From Kiritimatiellia bacterium (GTDB lineage: Bacteria; Verrucomicrobiota; Kiritimatiellia; RFP12; JBMNHG01): a stretch of 64,000 nucleotides of DNA. Location of the stretch: contig JBMNHG010000006.1 in NCBI GenBank assembly GCA_050950285.1, positions 417,167-481,166 of the forward strand, in the 5' to 3' direction. The position numbers and the translations under genes are program-made. Shown here one piece after another: positions 18,092 to 28,200 of this stretch; the first letter of the stretch is position 1; every line of letters starts with the position of its first letter. The notes under the pieces were generated by a model. The model saw only the letters and a list, made by a program, of their open reading frames with translations, was not told the DNA's origin and ran no database searches.

Positions 18092-18193
18092 AACAAGTCC
18101 TTGCCCAAGAGGGATGGCATGAGGATAGCGCATTTGCGGCGCGGACGCAACGGCGACGGGAAGGTGGCAAACAAATGACACAACAAATAATCC

Positions 18194-18240
18194 CCCGCCA
18201 GTCAGTAGCCAGTGCGTTGCGCTGGCTACTGACTGGCGGG
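18194..18240. terminator. perfect 19-bp-stem hairpin at the distal end of the RHS locus
   Basis: CCCGCCAGTCAGTAGCCAG-tgcgttgcg-CTGGCTACTGACTGGCGGG, ~30 nt after the last stop; followed by GGATTATTTGTTG on the minus strand. Confidence 0.65.
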
Positions 18241-18271
18241 ACATATAAGGCAAGCGATTCCAAACATAACA

Positions 18272-19210
18272 CTATCGTGTCCACGTCCGCAACACAGCAT
18301 TCGTCGTCATTAGGATCCGTTCGTTCCGGGGGGAGAACTGGAGTCGCAGCCTAACTTGCTCTTCCGCCCCATCACCATCTACGACTACAGGCACGGCAAA
18401 GTAAAATGACTGCAAAGGATCATTGGACCATCCAGGCCATTCGACGGTTCGATGCTTTTTGGCGGTATTTCTAAGAGAGCCCGTCTGAACGTCTTCGATT
18501 GCCACTTGAATAAATCCTGGCTCGCCAAGATTCAAATAACCGCTCATTTCATATTCATGTTCATCGGAACCAACTTGTTTTACGGTTACGCCATGCACAG
18601 GAAAAGACGCGACAGCGGATGCCTGCGTAATGATGGAGCCGTCGTCAATCAATTGCTTTTCCGCCATCTTCCTTCCGTTTGCGACCAACGCGAACATGTC
18701 GGCGAGAACATTTAGAGCATGGGCGGTTGCATCACGTTGCTCCTTGCGAGACACCTCAAAGACCTCGACCCAAAGATCATCTCCGAGCGAGAGAAGAAGC
18801 CGCGAGGAATAGAGGCCAATGTTGTCGCGAACTTGATCGCGGTTGACACTGACAGTGATGCTCTCGTCTTTGGCTTGCACGAGGGTGACGTTACCGGACT
18901 TCAACCAAGCCGGACTTCCTCGAGTATATGCTGAAAAACGAACCCTGACGATGCAGTGCAGATAGGGATCTGCGCCCATTGAATGAGGAAGAATAGTGTT
19001 CTGATCACGAGGGGTCGCGACGATCGCACCGACGTCATCCAACACACGCCAAGCTCGGGATGAACAGAAGAACCAAAAGAGATCATCGCGGGACTGCGGC
19101 GACATTCTGTGAGCAGACAAGATGGCCTTCGGCACAGTGACTGGAGTCTCGCCACCAAAAGCGGTGGGCGCAAGGAGAGACAGCAACAAACCAAGAACGG
19201 CGATGCGCAT
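18272..19210 (-). CDS. exported protein, putative immunity protein for the orphan RHS toxin
   Basis: MRIAVLGLLLSLLAPTAFG signal peptide, GGAGG RBS, starts 3 nt after the toxin stop, low GC. Confidence 0.7.
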   Translation of the reverse strand: MRIAVLGLLLSLLAPTAFGGETPVTVPKAILSAHRMSPQSRDDLFWFFCSSRAWRVLDDVGAIVATPRDQNTILPHSMGADPYLHCIVRVRFSAYTRGSPAWLKSGNVTLVQAKDESITVSVNRDQVRDNIGLYSSRLLLSLGDDLWVEVFEVSRKEQRDATAHALNVLADMFALVANGRKMAEKQLIDDGSIITQASAVASFPVHGVTVKQVGSDEHEYEMSGYLNLGEPGFIQVAIEDVQTGSLRNTAKKHRTVEWPGWSNDPLQSFYFAVPVVVDGDGAEEQVRLRLQFSPRNERILMTTNAVLRTWTR

Positions 19211-19212
19211 TA

Positions 19213-21359
19213 TTATCTTCCTCCAGAAGAAGATCTTGTATTGCAAGGACAGTTGACTTTGACAAACCCGTGCCAATTGCCGTTCTCCTCAAACGGTTTT
19301 GCTCCATGATACCCCTCGACAAGGAGTGCCCATGCATCGGGTATCGTTGTGCCTGCGACTGTGGCAACCAGACCATCGTGCCAATCGTACGTGTCGTGGA
19401 ACTCCCAGTTTCCCATGAACTTGCAGTGTGCCTTTCGATTGCAGTTATAGGTGCCCGTGAAGGTGATCTTGAACCCGCCGAAAGCGTGATAGTAAACACC
19501 TTGAGTTGCCCGAAGGTTCAATGCCGAACCGCTTAACGATCCGGAGGCTCCGGCTGTCGGATTCGGCACAAGCGCACAAAGCTGTGACTCCAACTGATCC
19601 TTGGGCGATGAGCCCGCCGGCTCATCGTAGAGCATTGCTCCATTGACATGACGAGACGGGATCGTAAACGGGTCTTCCGGGGCACCTTCGAGCCAGTTTT
19701 GCATAAGGCTGGCAGCCAACGGTTCTAAGAACTCACCGCCCCAAGCAATGTTGCGGTAAAGAAGTAAAGCCTCGTCAGCCGCCACTTCTTCGGCACCAGC
19801 TTCCAAATATGCCCGAATCCGTGCGGCACGAACATCGAGGGGCGTATCGCCAAATGTGTCGAAGTACTTGACGGAATTGTTCCAGCAAAATCCGTATAGG
19901 TTGTCGCCCCCTCGTTCCCCAATCGGATCCCGGTTCAGCCACCGCATCAACTCGGGGGCGTAGAACCGGTAGCCGTAGTAGTAGAGACCGGTTTCGGCAT
20001 CGTAATATTTCGTGCTGAAGCGGTGGCGGAAGGCGTCGGCTAGAGATCCGGTTGCCGCGATGGTGCGGCCGAAGGCGTCGTAGGTATATTCCGCCACGAT
20101 TGCGCCCTGTTCGTTCACATAGGCCGTGATATTCCCGGTGTTATCGTAGAACGGGAAGTACCACGCGCCGTTGATCGAGACGGCCAACAGTCCGCCGATG
20201 CCGCCCGCGCCCTGGAGCGTGCCGGATAGGTCTTTGCCCCAGACGTAGTGGTTGGTGGTCACTCCCGCGGCGGTAGCGACGATTTCGAGAACCGGCAGCC
20301 AGCCGTCATAAACAAATCCCCGTGTCTCCGCGCCTCCGCGTGAGATTTTCAACACGCGGCGGCTAAGATGATCGTAGGCGTTGGAGACGACGCACAGGCC
20401 GTTGGAATAGGCGGCGACAAGGCGGTTTTCCGCATCATACGTGTAGTTGAAACGCCCGTCCCACGTCATATTGCCGTCTAAATCGTATACGGGAGAAATT
20501 TGGACAGGATTGACATGATTGACATGATTGGAAATCAGAAAATATTGGTTCAGTTCGTTGGCGGTGTAGATGTTCGTGACGGAGTTAAGCGAGGCCCACA
20601 GCGCGTTGCCTATGTTGTCGAAGGCGTAGCGGTTGGTGTGGGCGGGCTGGATGATGGCGGATGTGACTTCGGAACGGGCGTTGTAATCGAAGGTGTCCGT
20701 GTTGCGTGCAGTGACACGGTTAAGCAGGTCGTAGGTGTAGGCCAGCGGATTGTACGGCACGCCGCTGGCGCTGTTGGTGATGGCTTTTACCAGACTGCGG
20801 CGGCAGGGGTCGCGGGTCAGGTTGCGGGCAAGCACGACGCCATTCGTCAAGTTCACCGAATACCCCGCATCCCAGCCGTCGGAGGTGTAGGCGTAGGTGG
20901 CGCGGAAGGCGGTGTTGGAGACGGCGGAGTGCCGGTTCTCGGCATCGTAGCCGTATTGAACGGTGGCGCATCCTCGACGCGCAGTTCCGCCAGGCGGTGG
21001 CGGTGGTCCAGGGTGCGGGCCAGGGTCGCGGTGTCGCCGCCAACCATGGCCGTCTCGTTGGTGGCGGTGCCGAGGTGGCTGTTCTGGTAGGCGTATCGCG
21101 CGACGGCGTTGGAGGCGGAAGCAGGGCGCTGGAAGAGGTCGTATCCAAGCGAGACGGCAGGAGTGGCGTCGGAGTACGAGACGCCTGTCAACAGCCCGTC
21201 GGGGTTGTAGGCGTAGGCGGTGGCGAGGCCGCGCGCCCAGGTACGGGCGGCAAGCCTGCCGTCGGGGTTGTACGCGTAGGAGACGGCGGAGCCGTCGACG
21301 TAGACCTTGTTGGCAACAAATCCGGCGGCAGGATTGCAGACCCAGAGAATGACGCTCAT
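19213..21359 (-). CDS. orphan RHS module (partial core plus alternative C-terminal toxin); frameshift near 20970
   Basis: ~1.4 kb near-copy of the 3' core of the main rhs gene; FSTKYYDAETGLYYYGYRFYAPELMRWLNRDPIGE..NLYGF..DTFG, then a unique ~210-aa tip. Confidence 0.85.
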
Positions 21360-21419
21360 CGCAGAACTGTTGCGTAAGATTTCAAGGCAAATTTTGTAAG
21401 TCTCGGTGAAAAGGTCATG

Positions 21420-21830
21420 TCAATTTTTACGCATGTATTCCAGGAACGGTTGAACGTCCTCATGAAATGTTTTCATGACAACCGGTTCGGTGAATTCCTG
21501 AAGCTTCAGGTGAATCGACGTTCCACATATCATGGCGCCTTCGCCAGCTTCATTGCCATCGAAGATGATGCGGGAACCCTCAATGGCGTACCGATAGAGC
21601 TTTGTCTTTTTGTATTCGAATTCACCGAACGATGAAATTATGCAAACTGCCGTTCCATCGGAAACCAAGGTTAGCCAAACGCGAACCGGATGCCCGTCCA
21701 GCAAGGTTTCGTTGCTTGAAATCCACTGCCTTGGACGAGGATCGTAAGTAACTTCAGGAGCGCTTTGACATCCGGCAAATGCAATTAGAAACGCCCCCAT
21801 AATTGCTGCCGATAGGAATCGAATGTTCAT
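21420..21830 (-). CDS. lipoprotein, putative immunity protein
   Basis: MNIRFLSAAIMGAFLIAFAG|C lipobox; GGAGG RBS; low GC. Confidence 0.72.
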   Translation of the reverse strand: MNIRFLSAAIMGAFLIAFAGCQSAPEVTYDPRPRQWISSNETLLDGHPVRVWLTLVSDGTAVCIISSFGEFEYKKTKLYRYAIEGSRIIFDGNEAGEGAMICGTSIHLKLQEFTEPVVMKTFHEDVQPFLEYMRKN

Positions 21831-21859
21831 ACCCATTGCCTCCATGAAACATTTGTGAT

Positions 21860-22261
21860 TTAGTAATCCTCAGACCATCCCCAATAAAGAGCCGTGTAAA
21901 CAATCTCAGGTCGTAAGTATATAAATTCCACACGGGCATCTGGTTTTTCTTCCGTAGGGACATGATAAACGAGTGCGTTTTCCTTATTTTCGTATCGCAT
22001 TCCCTTCCCAAGCAACGCCTGAACTCCACCAAAGGTTAAATCTTTCTCTCGAGTCTTAAACAGGTAGGTGTTGATCATGTCCCCACATTGAACGGCAGCC
22101 TCTTGGCGTTCAACCCAATTGGTCGTCGTGCGGAAGACAAGACAGGATTGCAAAAACGTGTCGTTCGCAACCAGCTCACACGGCGGGTTGTTGTTTGTCT
22201 GCTGGAGCGAACAGCATCCAGCCAAGAAAATCGCAGCAAGCATCATCTGAAACAGTTTCAT
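21860..22261 (-). CDS. lipoprotein, putative cognate immunity protein of the main RHS toxin
   Basis: MKLFQMMLAAIFLAG|C lipobox; AAGGAG RBS just after the toxin stop; low GC. Confidence 0.75.
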   Translation of the reverse strand: MKLFQMMLAAIFLAGCCSLQQTNNNPPCELVANDTFLQSCLVFRTTTNWVERQEAAVQCGDMINTYLFKTREKDLTFGGVQALLGKGMRYENKENALVYHVPTEEKPDARVEFIYLRPEIVYTALYWGWSEDY

Positions 22262-22277
22262 CAAACTCTCCTTTTCA

Positions 22278-25200
22278 TCATGGTAGAATGAACTCATAAG
22301 CTCCGGACATCGTTTGGGCAGGCGTCCTCATGCGATATCCGTTGGCTTTGTACCAATTGATTGTCCCATTGTTTGAATACTCCACATTCTTGTCTTGTGT
22401 TTGCCTGCGGCATTCCTTCAGCAGCCGGTTGACCTCGCGTCTGTCCGAATCTTTGAGCTTGCCGGGGAACTTCTCGGCTATCGCCTTGTCGAAACAGGGC
22501 TTGGTGTACTCCCAAAATGCTTTGGCATGCCCTATTTCGTGAGCAATGACTTCGCCTTCCGGCGGAGGAGAACGGTCCAAAGAGCCGGATCCCCCGCCAG
22601 CTAATGCCCCGTTTAAGTTGTAATGTGGTTGATAACTATAAACAACGCCACGTCTTCCTGTCTTTGGAAGTCCCTTTGAAATGATAATGCTTATCCACAT
22701 TCGTATTTCGCACTCGCCTTCGATCACAGGCACTCGGTCAAGCGGGTAGTCAAAAACACCCCATGCGCCACGTGTGTCACCATATTCTATAGGGATATCG
22801 CTGACATTTTTGATCTCGGCTTGGACAAAAGAGCCCGCTCCCTTCATTTTCTGCCATATAGTTGTATTTCCTCGTTTGAAATATTTGACGTATGCGTGAC
22901 CCAAGGCATCCCGCCCATTTATCCCATCGTTGCCGCAGAAACCGTATAAATTCACCCCGCCGTCTTCCTCAATAGGATCCCTGTTCAGCCAGCGCATCAG
23001 TTCCGGCGCGTAGAAGCGGTAGCCGTAGTAGTAGAGGCCGATCTCGGCATCGTAGTACTTCGTGCTGAAGCGATGGCGGAAGGTGTCGGCCAGTTGGCCG
23101 GACTTGGCGATGGTGCGGCCGAAGGCATCGTAGGTATATTCCGCCACGATTGCGCCCTGTTCGTTCACATAGGCCGTGATGTTGCCGTTGTTGTCGTAGA
23201 ACGGGAAGTACCATGCGCCGCCTTGTCTGACGGCCAACAGTCCGCCGATGCCGCCCGCGCCTTGCATGCTTCCAGACAAATCGCGTCCCCAGACGTAGTG
23301 GTTGGTGGTCACTCCCGCGGCGGTAGCGACGATTTCGAGAACCGGCAGCCAGCCGTCATAAACAAATCCCCGTGTCTCCGCGCCTCCGCGTGAGATTTTC
23401 AACACGCGGCGGCTAAGATGATCGTAGGCGTTGGAGACGACGCACAGGCCGTTGGAATAGGCGGCGACAAGGCGGTTTTCCGCATCATACGTGTAGTTGA
23501 AACGCCCGTCCCACGTCATATTGCCGTCTAAATCGTATACGGGAGAAATTTGGACAGGATTGACATGATTGACATGATTGGAAATCAGGAAATACTGGTT
23601 CAGTTCGTTGGCGGTGTAGATGTTCGTGACGGAGTTAAGCGAGGTCCACAGCGCGTTGCCTATGTTGTCGAAGGCGTAGCGGTTGGTGTGGGCGGGCTGG
23701 ATGATGGCCGCCGTGACCTCGCAGCGGGCGTTGTAGTCGAAGGTGTCGGCGTTTCGTGACGTGACGCGGTTAAGCAGGTCGTAGGTGTAGGCCAGCGGAT
23801 TGTACGGCACGCCGCTGACGCTGTTGGTGATGGCTTTTACCAGACTGCGGCGGTAGGGGTCGCGGGTCAGGTTGCGGGCAAGTACGACGCCATTCGTCAA
23901 GGCCACCGAATAGCCCGCATCCCAACCGTCGGAGGTGTAGGCGTAGGTGGCGCGGAAGGCGGTGTTGGAGACGGCGGAGTGCCGGTTCTCGGTGTCGTAG
24001 CCGTGGTGGACGGGGGCGGCATCGCTCGACGCGCAGTGCCGCCAGGCGGTGGCGGTGGTCCAGGGTGCGGGCCAGGGTCGCGGTGTCGCCGCCGACCGTG
24101 GCCGTCTCGTTGGTGGCGGTGCCGAGGTGGCTGTTCTGGTAGGCGTATCGCGCGACGGCGTTGGAGGCAAAGGCGGGGCGCTGGAAGGCATCGTACCCGA
24201 GCGCGGCGGCAGGAGTGGCGTCGGAGTACGAGACGCCTGTCAACAGGCCGTCGGGGTTGTAGGCATTCTCCTTCCACGCTCCGCGAGCCCATGCCGTGCG
24301 GAGCGGTTTGCCGTCGGGGGTGTAGGCGTAGGAAACGGCTGATCCGTCGGCGTAGACCTTGTTGGTGGCAAGCCCCGTGGCGTGGTCGTAGTTCCAGGCG
24401 GTGAGATCGAGGGACGCAGGGGACGCAAGGGATGCGAGGGACGCGCCTCCGGCAAGCTGGACGGCGAGGGCGGCGAAGCCGGCGGCGTTGCCTCGGGCGG
24501 TGGCGAGGGCGGCCATGCGGCCGGCGGCGTCGTACCCGTAGGCCACGGGATAGGTCGCGCCGGTGGCGGCAACCGGACGCCCGAGGGCGTCGTAGGTGTT
24601 GGTGACGGTGTTGCCGAGGGCGTCGGTGCGGGACGTTTCGCGGCCGAAGGCGTCGAAGGTTCTCGATCCTGTGACGTGCAGATCGTCGTCGTAATAATAA
24701 ATGCCGTAGTGGGTCTCGTTGTCGGACTCGTCGAGTCCCGACCAGCGGAAATGGGAATAGACGCCCGTTTCAGGGTCGCGCATTTCCGAGTATGCAACGC
24801 GCCCGAGCGGATCGAAATAGTTGTAAACGGTTTCGCGCAGCGTCTCGCGGCGAATTGGACGCCCGAACTTCGAGACGGTGGTGGATGGCGTCGCCGCATC
24901 GGTGGCGCGAACCATCGTCAGTTCGCAAGTCTGCGGGTTGTAGCTGCCCGATTCCGTCGTCGTCGAGCCGTTCGGGCCGGTGTTCACCGTGCGGCTCCGC
25001 AGGGCGTTGGAAAGCCCCGTCAACTGGCGGCGGGTCGTCGCGACGGCGTTGGTGACGCCCTCGCGCGACGTGCTGCGGACGTCCACCCGCCACCATGCCC
25101 CGGCGATGTTCTCGTAGCGGGTCTCAGACGCGGTCTTGACGCCGCTTTGGACGGTCGCCGCCATCTCGCCGCGCTCGTCGTAGAGGTAGGTCGTGGCGGG

Positions 25201-28200
25201 CTGACCGGTCGTTTCCGAGCGAACCAGGCGCGAGGTCGCGCCGTCGTAGGCGTTCGAGGTGACGAGCCAGGCGCCCGCAGTGCCGGGCCTCAGCGTCGCG
25301 ACCGTGCGCCCGAGGAAGTCGCTGTACGAAATTTGATTCGTGACCGCGTTCGGCGAATCGGACGCCTCGGTGACGGAGAAGGCGCGCCGCGTCCCGTCGG
25401 CGGCGTAGTCAATCCAGGAGGTTTCGCGCGTCCAGCCGCCGTCCCAGCTTCGGATGGCGATGGAACGCCCGTTCCGGTAGGCGATGTTCGTGCTCGCCAC
25501 GACGCAAACGTCGGGGTTCGCCGGCGAGAACGTCAGGCTGACGCTCTCCTCGCGGTCGGCGAACGACCGGCTCGTCGAGACCATGCGCACCCCGCGCCGG
25601 TCGACGTGGACGGCGTGGTCGCCGATGCCGTCGGGGTACGTCGTCGTTTCGGAAGCCGTGAAGCCAAGCGTCCCGCAATCGGGGGTGACGGCGTCCCCGG
25701 GCTCGCCGACCGCCGTCACGACGGTGTTGGTCTCCCTGCCGAGGGCGTCCATGAAATGCATGGTCGTGCGATGGCCGTATCCGTATCCGGGCAACTGGGC
25801 AAGCGACTCCTCTTCGGTGGCGTAATAGAGGTGGTCTTTGCCGGTCTCGGCGGAGCGGAGGGTCTTGAAGCCGTCGCGATCCTGCGTCCAGAGCAGGCGG
25901 CAGCAGGAGTAGGCGTTGGTGGAGGTGGAGCCGTCGGAGTAGAGCGTGGAACGGAGGCGGTTCTTGTCGTCGTAGAGGTGCGCCTGCCAGTCGAGCGTCT
26001 CACCGGTGGCGTGCAGGAGGGTGGCGGAGTAGAGCGTCGTGCCGTGCGCGGCGTCCTGGATGGTCAGGTCGGACGTATCGGACGGATTGGACCGATAGGA
26101 ACGCCGGGCGATGGTGCGGAGCGCGGTTCCAGAACCGCCGGGGGCGAAGGTGCGGGTGGCGGGGTCGTAGTCGCCGAGGGCGTAGTCGCAGGCGGTGGTC
26201 ACGCCGTCTTCGTCGGTGGATTCGAGCGGGCGGCCGCGCAGGAGCAGCGGGATGCCGGGGGCGTCGGCGTCGAAGCGGGTGGCGGTCGAGACGGCGTTGC
26301 CGGGGTCGTCGAAGGCGGCGGTCGGGGAGCAGGCGCGGATCGTCTTCACGGTCGCGAAGGCGCGGCCCACCGTGTCCGTGCCGACGGTATGGACGTGCCA
26401 GGTGCGTCCGATGCACGTCGCCGCGCCGTCGCGGACGAGGTGGCGCGACTCGGTGCGGACGGAATCGAGGGCGGCGGGCGGATTGGAATCGCCCGCCAGC
26501 GGCGCGTAGTCGGAGACGGTGGCGATGGCGGTGATGGTGGGGAAATCAGACAGATCGGTCAGATCGGTCGGATCGGACTGATCGACAAAATCCAGGGGTG
26601 CCGCCGAGCCGTCGAGCGGGTCGAGGCGGAGGATTTCGCGGCCCTCGGCGTCCCAGGCCTGGTAGCTCCACGGGCGCGACTCGCCCCAAACGAGGCGGGG
26701 GCGTCCGTTGCGGCGGGGGTGGGCGTCGTCCGTCCAGTAGGAGGCATGGTCTTCGACCAGGCCGGGCGCGCCGTCGGGCTCGAGGCCGAGCGTGGCGTGG
26801 TAGGTCTGGCGGAGCGTCGCGTCCTGCCCGCAGCCGAAGCGCCGGGACTCGGCGACGTCCCGCGAGAGGATCGCGCCGGCGGCGTCGCGCACGATGCGTT
26901 CTTCGCGGAGGACGCCGTGGGGGCCGTCGTCGAGCGTGTCGGTGCGGATCACCTGCTCGGAGGTCTGCGCGATGTTGTCGAAGCACGCCCACTCCCCATC
27001 CCCACGATATGAGTAGACGACGTCGCGCATGACGTTGTCCCGGCGGCTGATCTTCTTGAACGCGACTTGGCGCGGGCTCCCGCCGACGTTGGCGATCTCC
27101 CAGACGTGCTCCAGTTCGTCGCCGGCGGTCTTGCGGACGGCGATCCGGACGCCATGGGCGATCGGTTCGACGACGACGGTGCGGCCTCGGGCGTCGGAGC
27201 AGGCGATGGTGCGGGTTCCGCCGGCGGCGCTTTCGGCGACGGCGGCGTCGTCGCGGGCGAGCAGGTTGAAGGTGGCGGGCGCGACGAGCAGCGGCTCCGT
27301 CGCCCGGAACCAGAGGAAGCCGGAGACCTGGCCGTCGCGGGGGATGCCGAGGGGGATGCGGAAGGCGAGCGAGCCGAGGCCGTCGCCTTCGAGGCCGTCG
27401 CAGTCGCCGTCGGCGCATCCGGACGCGCAGTCGCCGCATTCGTCGTAGAAGGGGTCGTGGCATCTTTCGCCGACGCGGTGGATGGCCTCCCCGCTCCAGA
27501 CCGGCCTGCCGTCGAAGAAGATGGTGCCGGTGGCGCGAAGGCCGTCGTCTTCGACGGTTTCGTCGAAGTACGCGGCCAGCGCCGGGTCGCCGTAGCCGAT
27601 TTCGGCCCTGCAGTCGCACGGGTGGCCGCCCGTGGCATCCTGCCGCCAGCCCTCCCGGAGGCACCGGCTGTCGAGGGGGTAGTCGGAAGCGGGCTCGTAG
27701 TCGCCCGTCGCGGCGTCGAAGAAGAGCGTGGTCCCGCATCCGCCGTGGCGGCCGTCGCCGTAGGCGATGCGGGGATCGAAGAAGAGGAGGCGTTCGACCG
27801 GGCCTTCCCCGGGGTCGCCCCTGGCCGCCTGCGCCCCGGGCGCCCCGCCGCGCCGGGGGCGGCGCGGGGGCGATCGTGCATCCGGGCACGTCGTAGATGC
27901 CGGGCGCCTTCGCCGCGAGCGAGCCGCCCGTGAAGGCGTCGTTCGGCGTGAAGACGAGGCGGGCTTCGCCGGGGAACGGGTCGAGGAGCGCGGCCTGCTC
28001 CATCTCGGAGGGCGCGGCGCGGCAGGGGCGGTTGGAGAAGTCGTACCGGACGCCGACCGACGTCCCGCCGCCCGTCCATTCGACGGCCTGGCAGCGCGCG
28101 CCGTTGATTTCCGCCGCCGCCCCGGCGCCGCCCACGAGGACGCCCGGCGCCCAGGCCAGCAGGTACAGCGGCCTGGCGCAGGTCGAATTCGTCGAGGTGG

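Noticed and set aside
18194..18240. Long hairpin as a transposon end or ncRNA
   Set aside because: No second copy was seen in the window; its position after the last gene is adequately explained as a terminator or mRNA stabiliser.
19925..24375. Diversity-generating retroelement template/variable repeat pair
   Set aside because: No reverse transcriptase is present, the repeat is ~1.4 kb, and the differences are not adenine-specific; it fits an rhs orphan module.
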